From positions 176,542-240,541 of the forward strand of contig CAVPRN010000002.1 of assembly GCA_963707935.1 (NCBI GenBank): a DNA stretch of 64,000 nt, in the 5' to 3' direction. The notes beneath the pieces were generated by a model. That model was given only the letters and a program-made list of their open reading frames with translations, did not search any database and was not told the DNA's origin. Position numbers and translations under genes: made by a program. Positions 51,867-61,919 of this stretch are shown in pieces (the first letter of the stretch is position 1; the number at the start of each line of letters is the position of its first letter). The stretch comes from an uncultured Acidobacteriota bacterium (GTDB lineage: Bacteria; Acidobacteriota; Thermoanaerobaculia; UBA5066; Gp7-AA6).

Positions 51867-52466
51867 TCACGTCAGCTTGACGAACGCCTTCGCGTCGGAC
51901 CACTGTCCCCGCTCGTAGAGGTATCGGGTCGCCTTGTCCACGACGATCTGCCCGTCGTCGGGCGAGACCGTGATTTCGGCCCGCTCGAGCGGCCGCGGCG
52001 CCGGGCCTTCGAAGTTGATGCCCGAAACGTAGTAGCCCGAACCGTGGCAGGGGCACTTGAACTTGTTCTGCGCCGGCAGCCAGTTGGGCGTGCAGCCCAG
52101 GTGGACGCAGACAGCCACGAGAGCGTAGATCGAGTCGGTGTTGCGGACGATCCACACCCCGTATTTCTCCTTCCACCGCTCGTCCACCCCCGGCGCGTAG
52201 GTGGACGGGTCCCCCGCCTTGAAGCGGGTCGGGGGCTCGAAGAGGACGTTGGGAAAGAGGAAACGCACGGTCGCCGTCAGCCCCGCCGCGGTCGCGGCGG
52301 CGAAGCCGACCCACGCGAGCGCCATCCATTTGAGGGCGGAGCGCCGCGTCACCCCGTCCGGGGTGACGTCGGCATCGGGCGGCGGCTCGATCTGTCGCTC
52401 GGGAGTCGACATCCCTGGGGAAGGGAGCCTATCAGACGGTCCGGCGCCGCTCAAGCCGCGGCGCAC
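51867..52466 (-). CDS. Rieske [2Fe-2S] protein, copy 2 (in bc operon)
   Basis: TAT-like TRRSALKWM. CVHLGC...CPCHGS. Start may be the internal MSTPERQ (52412). Confidence 0.85.
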   Translation of the reverse strand: MRRGLSGAGPSDRLPSPGMSTPERQIEPPPDADVTPDGVTRRSALKWMALAWVGFAAATAAGLTATVRFLFPNVLFEPPTRFKAGDPSTYAPGVDERWKEKYGVWIVRNTDSIYALVAVCVHLGCTPNWLPAQNKFKCPCHGSGYYVSGINFEGPAPRPLERAEITVSPDDGQIVVDKATRYLYERGQWSDAKAFVKLT

Positions 52467-52478
52467 GCCGGCGAAGCC

Positions 52479-53372
52479 TCACGAGACCTTCGCTCCGATC
52501 GCCGCGATCGCCTCGCGCGCCGCGGCGCGAACGCGCAGATTCGGATCCTCGCGCGCGACCTTTTCGAGGAGCGTCAGGCTGTCCCTGTCACGGAGGAGCG
52601 CCAGGGCCTTCGACGCCCCGACCATGGCCGTCTCCGCCTGCTCGGCCGAGAGCGTCGCCTGCCGGTTGAGCGCCTCGCGGTCGAGCATCGAGCGAAGCAC
52701 CGCCAGGCCCGCGCCGTCTCCGAGCGACGCGAGCGCGATCGCGGCGTTCCATCGAACGTCGGCGACCGGATCGCCGAGCAGGACCTCGAGCCGGGGCGCG
52801 GCGGAACGGTCGCCGAGCTGCCCCATCACGTACGCCGCCATCTTGCGCATCCCCGCGTCCTCGGAGCTCGAGGCCTCCGTCACGGCCGGGAGCGCGCGCG
52901 CGTCTCGGATCCTCCCGAGGGCCCAGATCGCGTAGAGACGCGTGTCGGGGTCGGGATCCTTCGCGGCCGTGAGCAGCGCCTCGACCGCCTGCGGCTCTCC
53001 GAGCTTCCCGAGCACGAGGGCGAGGTAGCGGCGCACGGGAACGTCATCGGCCCGCGTCGAAGAGAGGGACGTGAAAATTCGGAGCGTTTCGGACGCGAGC
53101 GCGGCGCGCTCGGGCGCCTCCAGGCTCGGAAGCGAGCGCGAGAGCTCGAACGCCGCCTGCCAGCGGCGGCTGGCGGTGCCTCCCCGCACCTCCTGAAGGT
53201 AGTCGGCGGGCGTGCGCCGTTCGAAGGTGATTCTCGAGAAGAGCCAGAAGACGCCGACCGCCGTCCCGACGACGAGCAGCGGCAGGAGGAAGAAGCGAAA
53301 TACTGTTCCGCCTCCGCCTCCCCCGCTCTCCTCCGGCGCGGGCTCCTCCTCGGGAGGCCGCTCTTCGGTCAC
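52479..53372 (-). CDS. membrane-anchored HEAT/PBS-lyase-repeat protein
   Basis: GTGA overlap with the ferredoxin stop. One TM helix. Repeated ..AIWALGRIRDARALPAV.. HEAT units. Confidence 0.55.
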   Translation of the reverse strand: MTEERPPEEEPAPEESGGGGGGTVFRFFLLPLLVVGTAVGVFWLFSRITFERRTPADYLQEVRGGTASRRWQAAFELSRSLPSLEAPERAALASETLRIFTSLSSTRADDVPVRRYLALVLGKLGEPQAVEALLTAAKDPDPDTRLYAIWALGRIRDARALPAVTEASSSEDAGMRKMAAYVMGQLGDRSAAPRLEVLLGDPVADVRWNAAIALASLGDGAGLAVLRSMLDREALNRQATLSAEQAETAMVGASKALALLRDRDSLTLLEKVAREDPNLRVRAAAREAIAAIGAKVS

Positions 53373-53815
53373 AGGACGGGAAGGTATCGCTTGGCCTGCG
53401 TGATCGGATTGGGAACGAAGATGGCGTCCTTCTCGCAGACGGTCTCGCAGAGCCGGCAGGAGACGCAGGGTGCCGCGTCCACTTCCGCGATCTTGTGGAA
53501 GGTCTCGTGGAGCGGGTCGTCGATCAGGTAGATGCAGTCGAAGGGGCAGATGTCGATGCAGAACTCGCAACCCGTGCAGAGGTCGCGGTCCACGATCGCC
53601 TTGGGGATGTCGCGGGGCTTGACCTTCTCGACGAGCTCCCCCTTCTGATCCTGGATGCAGGAGACGGGGCAATATCGAGCACAGACCGAGCAGTCGATGC
53701 AGCGGTCCGCGTGGATGACGTACTTCTCGCTCTTGTCGCCCGTGATCGTGTGCGTGGGGCACTTGATCTCGCACACCCCACAGCCGATACACGTTTCCGT
53801 GATGAAGTGAGGCAT
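53369..53815 (-). CDS. 4Fe-4S ferredoxin (four Cys clusters)
   Basis: CIGCGVCEIKCP, CIDCSVCARYCP, CTGCEFCIDICP, CVSCRLCETVCE. Confidence 0.8.
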   Translation of the reverse strand: MPHFITETCIGCGVCEIKCPTHTITGDKSEKYVIHADRCIDCSVCARYCPVSCIQDQKGELVEKVKPRDIPKAIVDRDLCTGCEFCIDICPFDCIYLIDDPLHETFHKIAEVDAAPCVSCRLCETVCEKDAIFVPNPITQAKRYLPVL

Positions 53816-53943
53816 CTTCTCGCTAATCGCCCGGCAGAAAGGGCCTTTTCCCTCGGCTCGGACTGAGAAAAAATATCACAGGCTCCCGGCCGAGGCGGAA
53901 CATTTCGCTCACGCCTGCGTTGGGAGCCTGCGGGGAGAGTCAC

Positions 53944-54501
53944 ATGAGGGAAATCCGGGCCGTCGTCGCGGGCCTCGTCGTCGTGGTCCTGATCGCCATG
54001 GCCTGGTCGCTCTGGCAGCGCCCGGCCAAGGAATTCCACAAGATCAAGGGATACCGCGTCGAGATCCAGAAGGAAGAGGGGGGAACCCGCAAGCACGTCA
54101 GCTTCACGATCCCGATCGTCACGGTCGCGCGAATCGCTTCCTTCCTTCCGATGGGCATTCACGGCAACTGGGACGCGGACTGGGGCAAGGGCGACGTGAC
54201 GGGCAAGGACATCCTCGACGCCGCCCGCGAGAGCGCGCCCGGGAAGCCCGGAGTGATCGAGCGAAACGGCAACCGGATCGAGGTCCAGGCCGACGGCTTC
54301 GCGCTCGACATCACTGTCAAGGACGACTGGGGAAAGTCGGTCAAGGTCCGCGTCCCGAGGAGCCTCGTCGAGAGCTTCACGGAGGGGCACGGCCTCTCGG
54401 TCAGGGAAGTCCTGAAGAAGCTCGACGAGCTCGGGCCCGGCGACGTCGTCCGCGTCGAGGACGGCGACAACGAGGTGACGATCACGGCCGAAGCGAAGTG
54501 A
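53944..54501 (+). CDS. hypothetical membrane-anchored protein
   Basis: GGGGAGAG Shine-Dalgarno. N-terminal TM. 185 aa. Confidence 0.45.
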   Translation: MREIRAVVAGLVVVVLIAMAWSLWQRPAKEFHKIKGYRVEIQKEEGGTRKHVSFTIPIVTVARIASFLPMGIHGNWDADWGKGDVTGKDILDAARESAPGKPGVIERNGNRIEVQADGFALDITVKDDWGKSVKVRVPRSLVESFTEGHGLSVREVLKKLDELGPGDVVRVEDGDNEVTITAEAK

Positions 54502-54502
54502 A

Positions 54503-54592
54503 GAATTGAATCATTGGGGGATTGAGGCATTGAAACATTGCCCGCGAGCGACGACCCGATGAACCAATGACTCAATGATCAATTCTTCGGGC
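54503..54592 (+). promoter_or_regulatory. AT-rich spacer with a terminal inverted repeat GAAGAATTGA(A)TCATTG and three CATTG repeats
   Basis: Inverted arms at 54503-54520 and 54568-54592. Sits between a gene end and the yyaL-like start. Confidence 0.4.
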
Positions 54593-54605
54593 GTATGCTC
54601 GCCCT

Positions 54606-56651
54606 GTGCCCAACCGGCTGGCGCGCGAATCGAGCCCTTACCTCCTCCAGCACAAAGACAACCCCGTCGACTGGTACCCCTGGGGCCCGGAGGCCTTTTC
54701 TCGCGCGCGTTCGGAGGGCAAGCCCGTCTTCCTCTCGATCGGCTACTCGACGTGCCACTGGTGCCACGTCATGGAGCACGAGTCGTTCGAGAACGAGCGG
54801 GTGGCGGAGGCCCTGAACCGCGACTTCGTCGCGATCAAGGTGGATCGCGAGGAACGGCCCGACGTGGACGACGTCTACATGGCGGCGGTCCAGGCGATGA
54901 CGGGCTCGGGCGGCTGGCCCCTCTCCCTCTTCCTGACCCCCGAGGGGAGGCCCTTTTACGGCGGAACCTACTTCCCGCCGGAGGACCGCTGGGGCCGCCC
55001 CGGGTTCCGGACCGTGCTCGCGTCGATCTCGAAGGCCTGGAAGGAGCAGCCCGAACGGCTCGAAGAGTCGGCCGGGGAAATGCTCCGGCACCTCGAAGCG
55101 ATGGCGCGCGGGCTGCCGGGGGGAGAGAGCGTCGGAGCCGAGGCGCTCGCCCGGGCGGTCCGCGAGATCCGCGCGGACTTCGACGCGGAGCACGGCGGCT
55201 TCGGAGGAGCTCCGAAGTTTCCCCCGACGATGCGGCTCGAGCTCCTGCTGCGATGGGAGCGGCGGTCGGGCGAGGCCGCCGCCCGCGCGATGGTCGAGAC
55301 GACGCTCGAGAAGATGGCCGCCGGCGGAATCTACGACCAGATCGGCGGCGGTTTCCACCGCTACAGCGTGGACGAGCGGTGGCTCGTGCCGCACTTCGAA
55401 AAGATGCTCTACGACAACGCCATGCTGGCGAGGGTCTACCTGCTCGCGGCGCGCGTCTCCGGGCGGGACGACTTCCGCCGGGTCGCCCGCGAGACGCTCG
55501 ACTATCTCCTGCGGGAGATGACCCCGCCGGGGGGCGGCTTCTTCGCCGCCCAGGACGCCGACTCCGGAGGCCGGGAAGGGACTTTCTACGTCTGGAACCC
55601 GGAGTCCGTGCGCGAAGCGGCCGGCGCCGAAGCGTCTCCGATCATCTGCGCCCGCTACGGCGTCACGGAAGCCGGCAACTTCGAGGGGGGAGAGACTGTT
55701 CTCTCGGTCGTCCGTCCGGTGAGCGATCTCGCGAGCGAGTTCGGGCGGAGCGAGCGCGAGATCGAAGATCTCCTCTGCGACGGGAGGCGGAGGATGTTCG
55801 CGGCCCGGGCCGAGCGCGTGGCGCCCGGCACGGACGACAAGCTCCTGACGGACTGGACGGCGCTCGGGATCTCCGCGTTCGCCCTCGGCGCGAGGCTCTG
55901 CGCGGAGCCGCGGTACGAGAGGGCCGCGGTCGAGGCGGCGGATCGGATCCTCGGCCGTTGCCGGAGCGGCGGGCGGCTCCTCCATCGCGAGCGAAACGGG
56001 CGCGCCGACATCCCCGGGTTTTCGACCGACCATGCCTTCCTCGTCGAGGCGCTCCTCGACCTCTACGAGGCGACCTTCGAGCCCCGATACTTCCGCGAAG
56101 CCGTGGCACTCCAGGCCGAGCTCGACCGCCTCTTCTCGGACCCGCGCGGCGGCTACGCGCTCGCTTCGGAGGCACACGACGGTTTGATCCTTCGCCCGCG
56201 CGAGCTCTACGACGGCGCCGTTCCCTCCTCCAACTCCGTCTCGGCTTCGAACCTGCTGCGGCTCGCCGCCTTCACCGGGGAGAGCCGCTATCGCGAGCGG
56301 GCGGAGGCGATCTTCGCGGCGAGCTCCGGCTATCTGGCGCGCGCTCCGCTGGCGCTCCCCCGGATGCTCTGCGCGCTCGACTTCGCGACGGCGCGGCCTC
56401 GGGAGATCGTCCTCGCCGGAGACCCCGGAAGCCCGGACTTCGACGGCCTGCGCGCCGCCGCGGATCGGAGCGCGGACCTCAATCGCGTCCTCGCGCACGC
56501 CGACCGGAAGGAGACCCTCTCGGATCTCGTCCCCCCGCTCTCGGGCCGCGGCGCCTCCCACACCGGGGCCCGCGCCTACGTGTGTCGCGACTCCGCCTGC
56601 GGGCTCCCGATCTCCGACCCGGCGGAGCTCGAGGCGCTCCTCGATGGCTGA
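54606..56651 (+). CDS. thioredoxin-domain protein YyaL (DUF255 + six-hairpin glycosidase-like domain)
   Basis: [29 protein letters not shown]. 681 aa uninterrupted. Confidence 0.85.
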   Translation: MPNRLARESSPYLLQHKDNPVDWYPWGPEAFSRARSEGKPVFLSIGYSTCHWCHVMEHESFENERVAEALNRDFVAIKVDREERPDVDDVYMAAVQAMTGSGGWPLSLFLTPEGRPFYGGTYFPPEDRWGRPGFRTVLASISKAWKEQPERLEESAGEMLRHLEAMARGLPGGESVGAEALARAVREIRADFDAEHGGFGGAPKFPPTMRLELLLRWERRSGEAAARAMVETTLEKMAAGGIYDQIGGGFHRYSVDERWLVPHFEKMLYDNAMLARVYLLAARVSGRDDFRRVARETLDYLLREMTPPGGGFFAAQDADSGGREGTFYVWNPESVREAAGAEASPIICARYGVTEAGNFEGGETVLSVVRPVSDLASEFGRSEREIEDLLCDGRRRMFAARAERVAPGTDDKLLTDWTALGISAFALGARLCAEPRYERAAVEAADRILGRCRSGGRLLHRERNGRADIPGFSTDHAFLVEALLDLYEATFEPRYFREAVALQAELDRLFSDPRGGYALASEAHDGLILRPRELYDGAVPSSNSVSASNLLRLAAFTGESRYRERAEAIFAASSGYLARAPLALPRMLCALDFATARPREIVLAGDPGSPDFDGLRAAADRSADLNRVLAHADRKETLSDLVPPLSGRGASHTGARAYVCRDSACGLPISDPAELEALLDG

Positions 56652-57030
56652 TTCGGGCTCCCGGTTCCGCGTCGTCGGGCAGGGAGAGCCGCCGCCCCGC
56701 CGCCGGCGGGGGCCCGGCATCGCGGTCCTCCTCGTCCTGATCTACGCGCTCGCCTTCGGCGCGGCGCTCTGGATCTTCTGGAGTCGGGCACGCCGCGACC
56801 GCGCGGCGACGCTCCCGCCGCCGAGCGCCGCCGCTCCGGCTCCGGACCGGACGGCGCTCACGACCGGCGAAGGGATGCTCCCCGCGGCCCGGGCGGAGTA
56901 TCTGCGCGAGCTCCAGCGGGACATTTGCGACTGCGGCTGCGGCCGCACCCTCCAGGACTGTCTCGCGGCCGACCGCAAGTGCGCGCGCAGTCCCGAGCTC
57001 GCCCAGCATCTTCGCCGGAAGCTCGATTGA
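56644..57030 (+). CDS. small Cys-rich membrane protein (hypothetical)
   Basis: ATGGCTGA overlap with the yyaL stop. TM helix. CDCGCG...C motif. Confidence 0.4.
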   Translation: MADSGSRFRVVGQGEPPPRRRRGPGIAVLLVLIYALAFGAALWIFWSRARRDRAATLPPPSAAAPAPDRTALTTGEGMLPAARAEYLRELQRDICDCGCGRTLQDCLAADRKCARSPELAQHLRRKLD

Positions 57031-58074
57031 CGAGGCGGCCGACGGGGCTTCTCTTCGACGAAGCCTTTTTGGCGCACCGCGCGCCCTACGAGCACCCGGA
57101 GCACCCCGGTCGGCTGACGGCGATCCGCGCCCGCCTCGAGAAGGAGGGGCTCTTCCACGCGTGCGAACGCGTGCCGGCGCGCGAGGCGACCGACGAGGAG
57201 CTCCTCGCGATCCACACCGCGGAGCTCCTCGCCGTCGTCGAGGCGACGTCCCGGCTCGAGTTCGATGCAGCTCGACCCGGACACGTACACCTGTCGCGAC
57301 TCGGCGCGCGCGGCGCGCCTGGCGGCGGGGGGCCTCGTGGACCTTTCGCTCTCGGTCCTCGCGGGGAGGCTCGAGAACGGCCTCGCGCTTGTGCGCCCTC
57401 CGGGCCACCACGCCGAGGCCGACCGCGCCATGGGGTTCTGCCTCTTCAACAACGTCGCCGTGGCCGCGGCGGCGGCCCGGGGCGCGGCCGCGCGCCGCGT
57501 GCTGATCGTGGACTGGGATCTCCACCACGGCAACGGCACGCAGCACACCTTCTGGAACGATTCCGACGTCCTCTATTTCTCGACGCACCAGCACCCCTTC
57601 TATCCCGGCACCGGCGGCCTCGACGAAGTCGGCGGCCCCGACGCCCGCGGCCGAACCGTGAACGTGCCCTGGCCGCCCGGGTGCGGCGACGCCGAGTTCC
57701 TGGCGGCCTTCGACCGGCTGTTGCTGCCGATCGCCCGGCGATTCGACCCCGACCTCGTCCTCGTTTCGGCCGGCTTCGACGCGGCCGCCGGAGACCCCCT
57801 CGGTTCGCTCCGGGTTTCGCCGGACGGATTTGCCGCCATGACATCGCGCCTGGCGGCGCTCGCTTCGGGCCGGCTCGTCCTCGCGCTCGAAGGCGGCTAC
57901 AACCTCTCGGCGATCGCGCGCTCGGCCGAGGCGTGCGTGCGCGTCCTGCTCGGCGAAGAACCGCCGGGCGAGGCCGACGCCGCCCCGCCTGCGCCGGCGG
58001 CTCGCCGGGTGCTGGAGAAGGTCATCGGCGTTCAACGCCCCTTCTGGCCCGACGCGCTCGCCGATCCGGCCTGA
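57027..58074 (+). CDS. histone deacetylase-family amidohydrolase (AcuC/Aph-like), frameshift ~57270
   Basis: TTGA overlap with the upstream stop. ..LFDEAFLAH.. N-terminus. RPPGHHA, DWDLHHGNGTQ, GGYN motifs. Confidence 0.75.
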
Positions 58075-58128
58075 CGGAGAAGACGTTCACGAGGGGTTCA
58101 CGCGCCCTCCTCTAGCCTCCCGCCTCGC

Positions 58129-58860
58129 ATGACTCGAGGCCGGAGACTTCTCGGGCGCATCCTGGCCGCCGCGGCGGCCCTGCTGCCGGCCTACGCGGCG
58201 TTCGCCTACGTGGTCGTGCCGGCCGCCTGGTCGCGCCACCAGAGGCGCGCCGGCGACCTTCCGGGCGTCACGTACACCGCGGAGCGGCTCCCGGCCGATC
58301 CCCTGAACGTGGCGCTCGTCGGCACGGGGGAGGAGCTCCTCGAAGCGATGCGCTCCGCCGGCTGGTCCGCCGCGGACGCGATCACGCTCCGCTCGGGGCT
58401 GCGGGACGCCGGCAGCATCGTCTTCCACCGACCCTATGCCTCGGCCCCCGTGAGCACACACTTCCTCTGGGGACGGTGTCAGGACGTGGCTTTCGAAAGG
58501 ATCGTCGGGGGAAGCCCGCGCCGGCGCCACCACGTGCGTTTCTGGCGCGCGGCCGGATCCGTCGGAGACCGGGAGGTTTGGATCGGCGCCGCGTCCTACG
58601 ACCGCGAGCTCGGGTTCTCCCGCTACACCGGAGAGGTCGTCCATCACATCGACGAAGACGTGGACGCCGAGCGGTATGTGCTCTTCGAGGACCTCGGCCG
58701 CGCGGGCCGGCTCGGAGACGTCTCGCGCGTCCCCGGATTCCGCCCGGCGGGCTCCGGCGTCAATGGCGCCGGGGACGCCTATCGCACGGACGGCGCGCTG
58801 CTCGTGGGGGAGCTCGCGCCGGAGGGGCTCAGTCGTCCAGCCGGGTCGCGCCCTCGATGA
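58129..58860 (+). CDS. hypothetical membrane-anchored protein (possibly LssY_C-like)
   Basis: N-terminal TM. 243 aa. Family guess weak. Confidence 0.4.
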   Translation: MTRGRRLLGRILAAAAALLPAYAAFAYVVVPAAWSRHQRRAGDLPGVTYTAERLPADPLNVALVGTGEELLEAMRSAGWSAADAITLRSGLRDAGSIVFHRPYASAPVSTHFLWGRCQDVAFERIVGGSPRRRHHVRFWRAAGSVGDREVWIGAASYDRELGFSRYTGEVVHHIDEDVDAERYVLFEDLGRAGRLGDVSRVPGFRPAGSGVNGAGDAYRTDGALLVGELAPEGLSRPAGSRPR

Positions 58861-59374
58861 GGTCGGTCAGGTCGTAGGAGCCGGTCGCGAAGTGGAGTGT
58901 CAGCGCTCCCTCGAAAAACTCGGTCCGTTCGAGGGAGAGATCGACGCCCGCGGGCATCCATTCGTTCAGGTTCACGACCATGATGCGATCTTCCGCGTAG
59001 TAGGTGAGCAGGCCCGGCGGCGCCTTCTGGACGAGGTACGTCAGGAGCTGGTCCGGGATCGGAATGAACGAGAGGGCCTGCACCCGGTCGAGCACGAAGG
59101 CGAGGAAGCCGTCCTTCAGGCGCAGCTGCGACACCGTCGCCTTGGCCGAGAGGGGCACGCCGAACCGGTGGACGACGAGGGTGACCGCGAGCTCGCCCGG
59201 CGTCACCTCGACGGTCAGGTCGGAGAGCTCCGGGATCTCGTCGACGGCGCGGTGAACCAGAACGTTCAGGGTCCGCTCAGAGAAGGTCAGGGCCAGGCCG
59301 CTCCAGGTGACCCGGTGACCCTCGGGCTCCTCTCGGGGCGGCGGCAGCTTCGGCGCCGTCGCGGATGGACTCAT
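58829..59374 (-). CDS. hypothetical protein
   Basis: 181 aa ORF with mixed composition. Convergent 30-nt overlap with the neighbour. Confidence 0.4.
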   Translation of the reverse strand: MSPSATAPKLPPPREEPEGHRVTWSGLALTFSERTLNVLVHRAVDEIPELSDLTVEVTPGELAVTLVVHRFGVPLSAKATVSQLRLKDGFLAFVLDRVQALSFIPIPDQLLTYLVQKAPPGLLTYYAEDRIMVVNLNEWMPAGVDLSLERTEFFEGALTLHFATGSYDLTDLIEGATRLDD

Positions 59375-59379
59375 GGGAA

Positions 59380-59592
59380 CTCGCCGCTCATTCTACCGCC
59401 CGCGGCATGGCACTTGGGTGGACTGTCGGCCGCGGCGGTCGCTTCGCGACCGGCGGCCGAGAGGTCTAGCCGTCCACGGCTCCGGCCGGTCAAGCCAGGT
59501 AGGCCAGTGCGAATCCGATCTGCGCGTCAGGCCGCGGCGGTCGCTCCGCGACCGGCGGCCGAGAGGTCGAGCTCACCGTGGCGACTGATCCA
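59380..59592 (+). repeat. ~105-bp tandem duplication carrying palindromic terminator-like hairpins and a degenerate copy of the last 11 codons of the downstream UbiA-family gene
   Basis: cggccgcggcggtcgc(t)tcgcgaccggcggccgagaggtc occurs twice (59427, 59531). tcaagccaggtaggccagtgcgaatccgatctg mimics the gene tail tcagaccagatacgccagcgcgaagcccat. Confidence 0.75.
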
Positions 59593-60570
59593 TCAGACCA
59601 GATACGCCAGCGCGAAGCCCATTTGACCCGCCATGAGCAGGAGATACATGTGGGTCCAGGCGGGATGGTTCTCGGTCGACGCGAGCTCGTCCGGATTCTT
59701 GAGCAGGAGCCGCGCCGCGTAGGCGCCCCAGGCCGCGAGCAAGAGCCCCAGGGCGACGAGCAGTGGGCGGTTCCCGGTCAGCAGAGGCTCGGCGGGATTC
59801 CCGGGATCGGGCAGCCAGGCGAAGAGCGGGATCAGCAGCCACGGCAGGACGAAGAAGGGCGCGATCATCCGGGCGGCTCGCCGGACGCCGAATCGGATCG
59901 GCAGCGTGATGCAGCCGTGCGCGCGATCCCCCTCCATGTCGGAGAAGTCCTTGGTGGAGGTCGCCCCGAGGAGGAAGAACGCGAAGATCGCGCCGATCGC
60001 CCAGGCTTCCGAGTGCCAGACGGCCGCGACGAAGGACCAGCCGGCGACCTTCAGGAGGCCGCCGCGCGTGACGGCGATCGTGAAGTTCGCCCAGAACCAG
60101 TGCCTCTTCGAGCGCCCGAAAGCCCGGAAGGAGTAGACGAAGGTCGCGAGCGCGCCGATCAGATAGATGAAGAACGCCGCGTGCAGACGAAGCGGTGCGG
60201 CGAGACGATCGGCGAAGGACTCGTGCGGAAACGGAACGACGATCCACGTGGGCACGATCGCAACCACGTACAGCCCCGCCGCCACCGCCCACGCGCGGCG
60301 GATCGAGACCTCTCCGGTCACGAGGGGCCGGTCCGGCTTGTTCTTTCGGTCGATCTCGAGGTCGGCGATCTGGTTGACGATGTTCGAGGCGGCGTTCATC
60401 GCCGAGGCGCAGAGCGAACCGATCGCGACGGTCAGGACGACCGCCCAGGTCACGCGCCGCGACGGATCCGGATTGTGGGCGGAGCCGAAGGCGCAGACCG
60501 CCCCCGACACGATCCCGAGGAGTGGCGGCAGGAGCGTGAAGGGCCGCGCGAGGCGGAGGTAGCGCTTCAA
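59593..60570 (-). CDS. UbiA-family prenyltransferase
   Basis: Nine TM helices. Asp-rich motifs NQIADLEIDRKNKPDRP and a second D-rich region. TTGA overlap with the upstream stop. Confidence 0.8.
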   Translation of the reverse strand: MKRYLRLARPFTLLPPLLGIVSGAVCAFGSAHNPDPSRRVTWAVVLTVAIGSLCASAMNAASNIVNQIADLEIDRKNKPDRPLVTGEVSIRRAWAVAAGLYVVAIVPTWIVVPFPHESFADRLAAPLRLHAAFFIYLIGALATFVYSFRAFGRSKRHWFWANFTIAVTRGGLLKVAGWSFVAAVWHSEAWAIGAIFAFFLLGATSTKDFSDMEGDRAHGCITLPIRFGVRRAARMIAPFFVLPWLLIPLFAWLPDPGNPAEPLLTGNRPLLVALGLLLAAWGAYAARLLLKNPDELASTENHPAWTHMYLLLMAGQMGFALAYLV

Positions 60571-61919
60571 CCGTTCATCCCCCCTCGACCGGGAGATACA
60601 GCGATCCCTTCGCCAAACTCGCGGCGATCTCGACGGCGACGAGCGCGCCGACGAACGTGTTCAGGCCGTTGGCGAACTCGTGATCGAGCCGGAAGCCGAA
60701 TCGCCGCCCGAGGTCGTTCGCGACGCTCTCCGCCAGGGCTCCTCCGAATCCCGCGACCGCGACGATCCAGACGGCAGCCGCCGAGAGGAGCCCGGTCGCG
60801 GCGCCGAGGAGACCGATCGCGGCCGCGCCCAGCACTGCCGCCACGAGACCCGGCCCCGAAACCGCGCCCGGAGCGCCCACGGGGAGGGGCGTCCCGGAGA
60901 GCGGCGACCGGGGGCGCTTCCCGTAGAGGCTCCCGAACTCGGTCGCCAGCGTGTCGGCGAGCGCCGCCGCGAAGCAGGAGGCGAAGACGAGACCCCACTG
61001 CCTCTGGTACCCGGAGAGCGCCGCGATCGCCACGGCGACGAGGCAGTTGGCCGCCACGTGCTCGGCGCCGCGGCGCCCCTTCTTCGCCTGCGCCGTGCCG
61101 CGCTTCTCCTTCTCGCGATACCCGATCTTCGAGGCGATCGTCCCGGCGAGGAAGAAGCCCCAGAGAACGGCATAGGCCGGCCAGCCGCCGGCGGCGAGGA
61201 TCGCGGTCCCGACCGCGCGCTCCGGCCACCGCGCCCGAGACCGTCACGGAGCGGGCGAAGTACGCCAGGCCCGCCACCGCCGCGTTGACCGCGAGAGCGA
61301 TCGCGAGACCCGGCGCGGCCGGTCGGGTCGCCGCGGGGTCGGCCAGGCAGATCCAGGCCAGGGCGAAGGCGACGGGAGGCGCGGCCACGAGGTTGTCGTC
61401 GATTCCGGCGGAGAGCGATTCGAGGAGGGCGAAAAGGAGGGAACCGGCGACGAGGAGCGCGACCGACTCGAGCGCGAGATCGCGCGCCGAAACGAAGCGG
61501 AAGACCGCGACCGAGGCGGCGGCGCCGACCGCCCAGTCGGCGAAGAGGCCGATCCAGGTCTTCTCCCCGTTCCAGGGGAGGCGCGGCCCGCCGACGAGCC
61601 GGCCGAAGATCGAGGCGGCCGGGTCGCCGAATGCCATCATGGCCCAGATCGACGCGGCGATCGGGAGATACCGGCCCCGAAAGACGAGGAGGAGGAGGAG
61701 GACCGACGCCGGGTAGGCGACGATCCCGACGTCGAGCCGCCGCGCCCCGTCGCGGTAGATCCCGCGCCCGAAGCGCGGCAGCGCGAAAAGGTTGAAGAGG
61801 AGGGCGGCGAAGGCGGCGAGCGCCGCCTCCCGCCAGTCGAGCCAGCGCAGCGCCAGGGCGAAGAGGCCCATGCCCGCGTGGATTGCCTTGCGCTTCCACT
61901 CGGAGGCGGAAAGCTTCAC
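60567..61919 (-). CDS. DUF92/TIGR00297-family integral membrane protein (extended N-terminus), frameshift ~61100
   Basis: C-terminal ..ADTLATEFGSLYG.. DUF92 signature (ORF 60575-61057). N-terminal multi-TM region in the 60567-62309 frame. GTGA overlap with rfbD. Confidence 0.55.
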   Translation of the reverse strand: MKLSASEWKRKAIHAGMGLFALALRWLDWREAALAAFAALLFNLFALPRFGRGIYRDGARRLDVGIVAYPASVLLLLLVFRGRYLPIAASIWAMMAFGDPAASIFGRLVGGPRLPWNGEKTWIGLFADWAVGAAASVAVFRFVSARDLALESVALLVAGSLLFALLESLSAGIDDNLVAAPPVAFALAWICLADPAATRPAAPGLAIALAVNAAVAGLAYFARSVTVSGAVAGARGRDRDPRRRRLAGLCRSLGLLPRRDDRLEDRVSREGEARHGAGEEGAPRRRARGGQLPRRRGDRGALRVPEAVGSRLRLLLRGGARRHAGDRVREPLREAPPVAALRDAPPRGRSGRGFGAGSRGGSAGRGRDRSPRRRDRAPLGGCRLDRRGRGIRRSPGGERRERPRAAIRLPARSRVRQRPEHVRRRARRRRDRREFGEGIAVSPGRGGMNG

